A stretch of 64,000 nt of DNA from Bugula neritina (Eukaryota; Animalia; Bryozoa), in the NCBI GenBank assembly GCA_964035545.1, contig OZ037765.1, positions 22,877,504-22,941,503 on the forward strand, read 5' to 3'. Position 1 is the first letter of the stretch. The number at the start of each line of letters is the position of its first letter. The translations under genes and the position numbers were made by a program. This document shows positions 44,582 to 56,180 of this stretch, piece after piece. A model generated the notes under the pieces. It was given only the letters and a program-made list of their open reading frames with translations, did no database searches and was not told where the DNA came from.

Positions 44582-47500
44582 CTATAAAATAAGACAAGCT
44601 TGTGATTTTTTGTCGGCATAATTTTCTTTCATTTTTTCAATATTCTCTTTCCCTCGGGTTTCCGGCAAACGGTTTGAGCCTTCATCCTATAAAATAAACA
44701 TAAGGCCATTGCATCAAAGGCATTCACACTTTACTCTGTGACTTTTGTTTATATGTTCTGTTTGTGCTGAAATTTAACAAATCAAAGTTACAGAATAACT
44801 TTCATAGAAAAAATAAGAAATATTTGGTTTCCAAAAATATAGGTAACACATATTGCGAGAAACTTGCAGAATTACACATATCGGGGGAAATACTAAAAAT
44901 AACTTACTGCAGATTTCCCTTCTTTGCTATCCTCAGTTTTTGAGGGAGAGCCACTGGTGTTGCTGGGTTTGTCATGATGTTTACTAATTTGGTTCATCAC
45001 TTCTTGTTTTTCCTTCTCTGCCAACTCCGACACCACAACTACATCCTTGATGACTGCAAATACGTCCAACAACACCGCCTCCTGCTTCGCCGTCCTTCAG
45101 AAAAATAAGGGATGAAATATTTTTAATGCCAACAAAATAGAAGCATAAGTTTCAAATAGCCAAGTATAAAAAGTCATTCCAACCCCATGTAAACAAAACT
45201 TATATATAGCCTGACATAATCTGATGATGTCACTCGTAAGTCACATGACATTTTATAACTAATAATTATAAATGTTTGATAATGTACCATATTTACTCAA
45301 ATGAAGCAAGCCGAATCAGAACTTCACATTACCAATGTTGTTAGGAACCTCAAGAAGAATAGCTAATTAACATTATTATACGTTTTATATTATTTTCTCT
45401 ATTTTCAATAATAAAATGTTTGTTCATTTTAAAAAAATGTAAATTTGAAATTTTTCATGATATTTTGTGTGTTTCGCGTTTAAAATAGAAAGAAATCCTT
45501 CTAAAATCTATAGCTAGAACCTACTCTGGCTGATAGACATGGTGAGCCACTCTATTGCACAATGCAGTAACAAACTTAAGCTGCCTCTGTTCCCAGTTTT
45601 TCTTTCTTCTTGCAGCTTCAGTTTCCGTTTCATGACTACCTTCTAATATCCATGTATTATATGCCCTTTCAAAATTTGTATCCAGCTCTTTCCATTCTTG
45701 CATCATGCTAGCATAGTTCTTGTGTTCCACCATTACTTCATCTAAAAGATATAAATAAATCTATAGATGTTAAATTATACATTCATGTTATAATAATCCC
45801 ATGTGTGTTAATAATATACAATCTTGTTGTAAATTGTTTTTATCTAATTCCAAAACCTACAATCTGAATGTGTAAAACATCAATGCTGATATTAGCCAGG
45901 GACTTAAATAAAATGGTAAAATAAAAATGCATGTTTGCTATAAAGTCTGTATATTTTAAAACTTGGCAGTCTCGCCTACAAAAATTTTTTGCAAAACATA
46001 TTGAAATATTTGTTAATAAATAATGACAAAATACTATAACATTCATTATATATATTGAAAATAATCTATTAACAATTATATTGATTTTTAAACTTTCAAA
46101 CAAATAACCATAATCATTATTAATCATCTTGAAATATATAAACAAAAATTGCTTAATTTAAAAATAAATTTTAGCTGTGAAACTATCACTCTTATACAGT
46201 ATAACAGAATTAAAACCAAATATGACCTTCATTAAGTCCTATTACGTATGAAGTGCAGTAATGTTACCCAGTGCCATGGTCTCCCATACTGGATCTGTTA
46301 GACACAGTTCAAACACCAGCAGCTCGCAATACACATGGTAGGCTGCCTCGGCATCTTTTAATACACTGTTCAGTAACACTGGATACATTCTGAACTTCTC
46401 ATCTATAATAATGATAATTTCATAAATAACTTAATATATATACAAACATATATACATATATCTGTGAGTAGGTAGATTAAAAATTTCATGCAGAACAGAA
46501 AAATTGTGACAGCACAGCAAGCACAATAGAAGCTCCAGACTTGAGCAGAAAGGCATTAAATTATATTTAGCAAGTTAATAAAGTTGAACATTCTTGCCTT
46601 TAAAAAACTAAACCCATTACTAGCAGTCTTATATACCTTATCAAACAAAAGTTCAAATACTTTTATAAACTAATATGTTAATGCTTTTTGGTACAATTGT
46701 GGCTTAAAGATATAGCATCAAATTGAGTTATATCATACAAAACAATAAATTATCTACATTCTACTAAAGATTTCAACAACAAGCTTACAAAATTAAAGAA
46801 TTAGACTTCTGTTTGCTTGATGCTATAATATTGACTAAAGTTTAACATACAGTATTAACAATTAACAAACAATAAACCAATGAAAATGAAGAGCACTTGC
46901 TATAATTAGAAACCACTGCAAATTATATGTCTTGAATATCTCTAGAAGCAGCACCAAGTATTTTTACACACATCATCGTCTGAACTCCAAACTCCCAACT
47001 CCAGATGTAGGCTTTCCTCTCTGAACCACCGCTCTCAGTCACCTCCAGCTCGGTGCTGCTGCTATCGACTTTCATATGTCCTTAACTTGATGCCAGTTTT
47101 TATTCTTTTAACATTCACAAATAAATAAGCTGTTAATTAAATACTTGACTACCTCCGATCCATTTATACTCATTTTCTGTTTATTCATAGCCACTCACCT
47201 AGTCTTTGCCTGTTTATAGCTACTTGGAGCCCTTCAATGATATCCAGATCTTTGAGGAAATTTGGTGACATCAGCACTACAATCATATCTGCTTCATCCA
47301 ATTTCTTCAGCACTACTGCAGTGTCTTTAGATTCAATGTTCAATTCAGCATCAAACCCTGTATAATACAGAAAACAACTACGCTCTTGTATTGCATATAT
47401 TTAAGCATAGATGGTTTTAAAACTTTGTAGATTATAAAATAGAAAAATCTATCACCTATAAAACAAGTTCTCTGATAAAATCAGGGTCTATTTGTGAACC

Positions 47501-50500
47501 TTTCAGCTACTACCAAATAAATTTTTCATTTACTATAAACGGGTCATGTTATGAGCTACAATTGATTATTTTAACTAACCAGTTTTGCATAATTAATAGT
47601 CAATGTTTTAATTACTTGCCAGAGGTGCATAGATTTATTAATCACAAAGATTTGATTGCAGTGTTATATAATAAGGTTTCTAAATGCATTTTGAAAATTC
47701 TATTAAGAAAAACATTTGATGATGAATTTCAGGGTTCATACAGAATTCTAAAATGACTTTAAATCAAACAAATCCGTATATAGCATACTTGATTGTTTTT
47801 TAATTGCAATGTATTTTACAAATAAATCGTATTATAAATAATAAATAGTACTTTTTTAAATTTTATTCTAAAATTACAAGTTTCTCCTAGCTCTTTACAC
47901 ATTTAATAATTAGAATACATAAAAACAAAAACAAGTTCTATTTAACTTACCAAATTTCTCAATGAATCTCATTTTGATTCTGGATGCTATTTCAGAATCA
48001 AAAGAGTCTTTTGAACACATGATCAGCAGTTTTTGTGAGTCAGCGTTGGGCCAGGATGTTGTCTCCTTTTGAATGAGAGTAGCGAGTCGTGAGCATCTGC
48101 CATCTTCTAACAGAGTCCTGAGATTGTATACAGTCTACAACACACAATACATGGTATTTTAATATTATTATAGCCAGGGTACGTGACACTCCAAAATATA
48201 CATGAGCAAGATTATACTATTTATACAAACAATACATTTTAACATGAATGCAACTTACTCCAAGTTAATTTTACTCAATAAGTTGAAAATTCAGTACATG
48301 TTACAATGCTACAATGCGATTTTTGCATTGCTTTAATCCAAAAGACAAGAAATTAAACGGTTTCTAATAACTTAGCAGTTTAAAAATCTTTGCAGTCTAT
48401 ATTGACTTCAACTGACACCACCACAACTAATTGCATTAGTTTTGTATCAGAAACCTATACAGAACAAAGCTATTACCTTATTTAATGCAATTATAGAACC
48501 ATCGGGATTTCCAGTTGAGAGAAAATGTTTCACAGCAGGTGCCAGCAGGTGCTCTACATAAGATCTAATATCCTGGTTTCCAAGAACACAATTGTTGACA
48601 GATAAATATCTGTCATCAACATCAGTAAGCTCTTCTATTTGCAGTGGAATGAGGTGAAAGTCTGACTAAAAGCATAGATACTGTAGACAATAAAATTGAA
48701 TTGCTTTAATGCTTGTTACAACCAATCCGCAGAAAATTAGCAACTGATAAAAACTAACACACATATTATTATTGTATTTTATATGCGTAAAAAACTAACT
48801 GAGAAATACTTACATCTGTGAAATGCCGGGCTAAAGACAGTCTAAACTCCTCATTGCACATTTTAGAGTTGAAATAAGACTGAGAGAGTAAAGCCAGAGT
48901 CATGTGACTAGATTCCACAGCATGGTACAACTTCTGTTGCCATGATCCACCTGTCATGTGAAAGGAACAAAGCGTATGCAAATAAATATATACTGGTTAA
49001 AGATAACATAAGTCTATATACCCGGCTATTTTATTCTTAGAAAAACTGGTATACTATCTTAAACACACACTAAAATGGAAGAATAATAAAGGCCTGCAAA
49101 TTTATAAAACTATACATAACATTATTAGATATAACAAAGCACTATGTTATATTATGCACTGCATTATTGATAAATGACCAAGATTTACATGCACTGCGTT
49201 CCATGACATGCAAATTATGCATCATGTGAATGAATGCCATGCGAATTAATTTGTGCTTGCATGCAACTATTTCTATGGGGCGAAGGAAAAATCCATTCAA
49301 ATAATGCGCATCATGGAAACGTAGTGATGTAGACATTGAACTTTTTATTCTTTCTAAATCAATTCAGCACATGTGATTTTAAAACAGGACTAGCTGAACT
49401 GACTGTACAATGTCACACCTGTCTGAAGTTCTTGACGATCCACAAATAATCTTATTCCCGGGACAAATTTTGTGAGAACTGCTACAGCGAGCTCACATAT
49501 TTCATCATTGGCGTGTGAATATGATATAAAAACATCATATTCAAACTTTTCATCCGCCTTCTTACTTTCTTTGGGTTTTTTATCTTCAGCAGCTCTTGAA
49601 ACAAATAGAGTTATAATCTTTTGACATGCATGACCTAAATCTAATTGATTTCTAAAAATTTGAACAACATATTAGCCATTACTAAATTACAAGTATGCGG
49701 AGACATCAAATAGTGGACATACTTGGTGGGTCTAGTCTTTATGACACTGGACTCTTCACCAGAATCTTGCACATAGCCAACCACATACAGAGTAACATTT
49801 CGCATCAACTTCTCAGTATTTCCATCCTGTAGCCTTAAACATTGTTATGTAAATACATGAACCACTTATGAGTTTTGAAAAAGTGTTTTCAAAACTCAAA
49901 AGCCCAATCATTTTGTTTAAGTTAAAGTTGTGTTTTCAACTCTAACAATTCGTTGATAAATTAGGCCTTTCAAATTTCAGCCTAACAAAAAATTGATAAC
50001 ACAAAATTTTATTAATGGGGAAGCATACCTAATATCAACCCACTGTATGAGAGACATGTAAGTGGGAAGATTAGATATTCCTTCACACAACATTGGAGCG
50101 AGTCTGGTAAAGGAAGTAGTCTGTCTGTTCAGACACCATGCAGCATTATATTCCTCAACTCTATCGTCATCTTCCAAGTAGGCCGGACTGAGGAAGGTTA
50201 TCACCCTGAAATATCATAAACTTACTATTTTAAAAGGAAATCCCAAACTATTCAGTCATGAGAAAGGACAACTCATAACACTCTTTGATAGCTGCTTGGT
50301 AAAGCAGTATAAAACATTATTATATAGTGTATTTTTTGCACATTATATATTAGCTGAGTATAATTCATTAATGTGTTAAAAATAGTAATTTTATAATTTG
50401 CATTGCTTCAAACTTGTTTTTGTAAGTTTCTAGAAGAATAACAAAATATTTAACAATAAAAGACGCATGAAACTACTACAAAAGAATGTGCAGACCTGAT

Positions 50501-53500
50501 GAAATATGCTAAACATTACAGTTAACTGCATAACTGCATATAGTAACTATTTAGTAACTGCATAAGAACTGCCTATTAATTATAAAATATGTATGCACTA
50601 GGCAAGCCACACCTGGCACAGGTTTTCATCACATCAAATATCCTCTCTTCATCAGCAGATTTGCCATCCTGCTCCATCAGCTCTTCTGAGGAGAAAAATC
50701 TCAGTTCCTTGCGGTGCTGAGAGAAAACCTGTTTGACTTTTTCAACATTTCCTCTGTCGTTGGGGACATATGATAGGAAGAAATCAAATTTTGGTACCGG
50801 CTTGGATATTCTTTTAAATCTCATTTGGCTTCCTGGTACTAAAATATAAAAACTAATAATTAGTTTGACTGTAAGCTGAATTAGATGCAAGATTTATAGT
50901 CTTTATTGTTTTGATGCTCAGAATTTTATGAAATCAGTCATAACTCGCCAGCACCATGTTTCTAAATAACTATTGAGAGGATGCAAATACAGAAGATTGA
51001 CAACAAGATTTTATTACAAGAAAGTTAATCAGTGATAAAGTGTGTTATCAACATAACATGAATGTTTGTAAACTGAAATATTCAGTGTACAATAGATTAC
51101 AACTATTAGCTTACATATGAATGTGTGGAAATATTGTAATGAGCATAATAATTAAAATAACACTAAATCCTTTTTTCTGTTATAGGGTATTTCAACTCTC
51201 ACCAGTTGAGAGAACGTTTAGTACCAGAATAATTGACGCATTATTTATTTGCACCAACAATTATGTAAGCAAATTTCAATATTGCAGTTTTGTAGACTAG
51301 GCTATTATTTGTCCATCACAACTTACACATCTATGTTTTACACTTTCAACAATTTTATTTTTAAAAATAAATTAAAAAGTTTAACTTTGCATATAAAAAA
51401 TAAGTAAAAATATTAGTAACAATTGTGATTTGGATTACAAAAATAAAAAATTTAAAGTGTTTGGGTCTCTAGCACTCTTTTATATCAATAAAAATACGAG
51501 ATTCGTTGAAAAAATGTAGCATAAATTATGTATTTGCATTAGAAAAATAAATTTTATATCACAGGAGGGTAGAAGTGTTATTTAAGAATAAATTATATAA
51601 AAAATACAAGGTCTTTTTACAGCAAAAACAATATTATTTGGTAAAAATCAATGAGTAAAGCCTTTTAATGATACATAAATATAGCGCGAGAATAAATATC
51701 TGCACATTCATATGTAAAAGTGTTTTATCATAAATTTTTTGTACAACATTGATTACAACTTACAAGTTTCACTAAGAAAATTCAGCTTTTTATGACACAA
51801 AACTGAGTAACTTTCACTAAAAATTTCAGCATATGCTTCTGAAAATAATTTTGTTCCTGTAAGTATATGTATCTTTATGATAATATTTTTTTAAAAATTT
51901 TATAAAAGTATTCTCAAGCTTATTATCCAAATTGAAAAGCCAACTCTACCAAATTCTACCAGCTTCTAGTTATATCACATGCTAGAATTCTTTGGCAGTA
52001 ACGTTTAAACTTTCACATCAGATGCTCAGCCAATGCTGCTACAAGCTGTTTACCAGATCATTCTCTTATTGGCTCTACACTTAAAACTGATGCATCTTCA
52101 TCCAAGTCAGGTACCATCACATGTATTTGCTCTTGAAAATCACTTGAGATCGTTTCTTGCTCATTATAATCTTCTTTTGACGGTTCACGAGAAATTTGTT
52201 TGTCGGCAATAAAATTCGATAGCATATGTGAACTACCAGTCAACTGTTCTGGCATAGAATCCCGTGCTTCAACTGGTGCTTTCATTACAAAAAATCCCTC
52301 ATCTGATTTAGAGCCGATTGATTTTTCCACTTCACGAAAGGATGATTCAACAGCTGCAAGATATTCTTTCGTTCAGTGTGCTGCAGTTGAGTTGATTAAT
52401 TTGCTTAGCAGAAAATTAAGTAGTAAATTATGAGACTATAACATGATATATTATTGAATTTTTAGATGCTGTTTCATTAAAAAATGCTCTAAATAAAAAT
52501 TTTAAATTAAAAAAATAGAGACAACTCTCTACGTAAACTTCTAAAAAAAACAACTAAAAAAAAGTTTGATTCTATGATTTTAGAGCTGATCATCTTTCAA
52601 TAGAATATATCATAAAAATTTAACCTAAATGTAAAAACCCTTAAAACAGCTCTTTTGTCATCAAGTAGGAATTATCTGCTGTTATATAAAGTGTTCCATT
52701 TCAATCAAAATACCACTACCCTTACTTACTTAGCATGAAACATCCATATAACAAAAGTTAAAACAAAGGATCTATCAAAAAATGATTTGCAAGCAAGTGT
52801 ACAAAAAATTCTGCAAAAATTTTTAAATGAGCAAATACCATGCCAGACAATTGTGATTTTCGTACAATTAAACTACTAATATAATGAACTGAAAACTTTC
52901 TTATACGCATTTTATACACCATTTTTCTAAATACACTCAATATGGAATCTAAGCTAAATTTACCCAACAGCGAAAATTTCAAGGCCCACTGAATATTTAG
53001 CAATTTTTAAATGATTTAAATTTTCACCATAATTTGAACTCTTTCTGATCGTTGACATCTTGTGATTAGCGTATGGCTATTATACAAGAGACAGATTGCA
53101 AAGGTGACAGAGCTTGTGACAGAGCTTGCAAGCCACTACATTATAGTAATTGACAGCAATATTAGTGTGAATTCTGGTGAAACTGTTCTGTTTATCATAC
53201 TTTTTGATAACATAATGTTATAATACCTAGTAGAATAGTAATTATTCTGAAAGACAATCTTGGAATTTTTAATACTGGTTCATCAGTTTCAGGTTTTCCA
53301 CAAGTCAAGCAAAAACTCTGGCTAACTTACATCTGTTGTGCTTCCTTTTCAGCTGTTTAAAAGTTTCCAATATTTGATCGTTACCACGATAGATTGCCAA
53401 CTTGAAGATTTTTATATTGAGTCCATGTTTCATCCATGTCACAGCAGAGTTAACAATAGCAGATAGCATATCTAGGTCACTGTATCCCTATAAAAAGGCA

Positions 53501-55075
53501 GCACCTCTTTAGAATAAACACCGGAAAAGTTCAACTTCAGAAAACTATCCTCTGCCTATAGACTATTTCGTCTAAATTATTTGATTTAGAATTACAAGAT
53601 CTATGCACAAGTTACCTGATCACCGGTACTCAACAAGGGTGAGATGATAACTCCATTTGTAAAAAGGTTAGTTGCAGGAACTAAGGCTTTGAATATGGCT
53701 TGTACTGACTTTTGAGGAGTTAATCCAGATCGACTGCTTTCAAAGCATAAAACTCGGCTATAAAATAAAAAATGAAATTAATTAATATTTTACTTTATTT
53801 TGAAAAGAGTAATCATTTATAGCCAATACAAATAATATTTATTTTGCCCAATGTGGTGAAGCTTATTTAAAGAGTAAATAAAAAGCTAAAAGATAGACTA
53901 TATATAAAAATTCAGCAGCTTATTTTGACAAATGGTAATATACCATTCAAAGAGGCAGGTGCGTATTTAGAACTACTTTTACATTAGAAAAAATGAAGGT
54001 CAAACATAACAGAAAAAACCCACACCACCAGATTTATGTGAAAGTTTAAGAATGTTTAGATAAAGGAAAATTTCACCCACTACATTTTTCTGGTTGATAA
54101 AATATGTAAGTTCAATTGCTGTGATGTAATATAGATCACAGCAAGTGAATTTTCTAAGAGAAAAGTTCATTCAGGTGTATTCAGTAATTTATCAATAGCT
54201 TCTAAATAACTGCAATTAAGTATAACCCCAAGATCAGTTTCTCTAACAGAAACATAAATTGCTTCATTGCTCGTGTTTTACAACAAATTGTGAATAAACC
54301 TACATAGAGTCTCATAAAATCAAAAATTTCATTCAAAAGTTAAACCATTTTTGTGAAGTGTGTTTCGATCTCAATAGCAGGATACTTTTTGTTGATGTGA
54401 AAAAGTTATACTTTCTTGAAGTTGCATTAGGTTTTCTTTTTTTTTATTACTGTTCAAGGAAGCTTTTTTAATCAACTGACACGTAAATACGTCTTATGAA
54501 TCGAATAAATAACATCAATTAAAATTAATTTGTGCTTCAGCCAGGTGAAAGCTTCAGGTTTCATTCATTCTATTGCAGGGATCTTAATAAGTTGACTACC
54601 TGCTGCTCTAACTTACAGATGGTTAAAGAAAATTTATTACTGTAATATAACTACTTAATACTAACGTGAAAGGAAGTTGATCCGAGAGAGGCTTAGACCA
54701 CCAGCAGTGAAAAAGCCTTCTTAGATCTTCTTCTTTATCCTTGGCAAGCTGACCTACATGTAAGCCAAACCTCCTATGGAGAGCTCCAATTAATGACGTG
54801 GGTGTGGGAGAGTAATCCCCTATAAGTATAATTATATCAAAATATTAGACATGTCTTTTTATACATATTTAAGTGCTCAAGTGCCATTTATTAGACAAGA
54901 TAGAGCAATCCTTTAAATAAAGGTATTATACAGTCATACCATGAAAAGCAGAGAGCATGAGCAAATCAGCTTTTTCAGCCATGGGAAGCTCAGTGATGTC
55001 TCCATATAATAATTCAACCGTCTTTGACCCACTATCGGCATCAAATTCAATAGTGTCAACACGCTGTAATGGCAT
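44582..55075 (-). CDS. Macro-like domain + TIR + TIR + degenerate TIR + CaaX protein, paralog B
   Basis: Macro exons 54940-55075, 54666-54819, 53616-53757, 53331-53487 have the same lengths as in paralog A (136/154/142/157 nt). TIR1 at 50613-50838 and 50029-50205. TIR2 at ~49419-49595, 48814-48951, 48477-48665 (YDVFISYSH). TIR3-like region at ~47951-48135, 47199-47357, ~46270-46403. Further exons at 45525-45741 and 44908-45096. Last exon 44582-44686 ends KKSQACLIL*. Confidence 0.85.
49187..49330. mobile_element. Degenerate MITE in a paralog B intron
   Basis: Imperfect terminal inverted repeats acatgcactgcgttccatga...tcatggaaacgtagtgatgt. Confidence 0.45.
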
Positions 55076-55361
55076 TTTGCAGACTGGCTTATTAAGATAG
55101 CTAAAATACAACAAAATAAATTATATAAGTATTAATAAAATTGCATAGCAAAAATAGTTCTTAAACGAATATTATATGCTTTCAATAACTTATCTTTACA
55201 TCTATATTTTAGGATGTATTTGGTTACAACTAAAGCAGTAATAGTAAAACATAGCTTACAGTTTATTCACCAGTTTTTAAAAAAAATACTTCACATGTCA
55301 AATATATGATTGTTTGAAAATATTTGTTTTTATACCCATGAACTAAAGCCAACTCTGATAA

Positions 55362-55535
55362 AAAAAAACTCACGCAAGTTTATAGTCTCTATCCTTGTGA
55401 GAAAACCCCTGATGAAAGAAGTTTTTGTTGAATCAAGCTAAGGACTTATTCAGATGAGGCACGGGAGCAATTATGACTGGATGCTCTTCCTAACATCACC
55501 AATGGCCTTTGTCTGGGCTCGAACCCATGACTACA
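55362..55535 (-). mobile_element. tRNA-derived SINE, 5'-truncated (same family as 27784-27990)
   Basis: The reverse complement reads gtcatgggttcgagccc (B box)...ggtgatgttaggaagagcatccagtcat...ataaacttgcgtgagttttt. Confidence 0.8.
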
Positions 55536-55904
55536 GCTGCTCCAATTCTGTTATAGTAGCATAATTTGAAGATGTTACTTTGCTTCAAAACTTTGAACTT
55601 TCAAGCCAGCCCAGTGACTAAGCTGTGTGTTGCAGCAGCCAAGAATAGCATGCAATAAAAATTAGCAATGATTACTGTTACTATTAGTTTTATAATACCG
55701 ACTAGAAACATCACCAGCAATCGGCCAGAAGCCCTAAATTAATTCAAGATGTGTTTGCACAAGATTTATTATAAAAATTGTTTAAGCTTACAAATTTTAA
55801 GCAGTCAGTAAATGATAGTTAAAAAATGTATAGATATTTTTAATGTTGCAAACTCAAGTGTGTCATATTTAGTGATCTCTTAGAAAGTCAAATTGCGACT
55901 TTTA

Positions 55905-56180
55905 CTTTCAGTATCAGTATGACATTACTATGACTACTATGAGTATGAGTATGAGTACAAATATCAGTATAACTTTTACTATTACTATTAGTGTTACTAT
56001 AAGTAAAACTTAGTAAAAGACTAACTCTAGCACTATGTACTAATAATACTAATATTAATTTTAAAAGCTAAAAAGTATCACCATTAGTGTGAGACTGAGT
56101 ATGACTACGAGTGTATTACTATTAGTAATACTGAGTATTAGTATTTAGTGTTACTATGACTATGAGTATGAGTTAGTATT
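55905..56180. repeat. Degenerate period-6 tract upstream of the first coding exon of paralog B
   Basis: agtatc agtatg acatt actatg actactatg agtatg agtatg agtac... Confidence 0.75.

Noticed and set aside
46975-47085. GC-richer coding-looking stretch in a paralog B intron
   Set aside because: No consistent splice sites or counterpart in paralog A; the flanking exons appear to join without it.
52058-52060. Selenocysteine codon in the cassette exon
   Set aside because: It lies in a disordered linker, and no SECIS element was recognisable in the 3' region; kept only as a stop or poison-exon hypothesis.
55490-55535. tRNA gene (GGTTCGAGCCC B box)
   Set aside because: No complete cloverleaf; it continues into a SINE body shared with 27784-27990.
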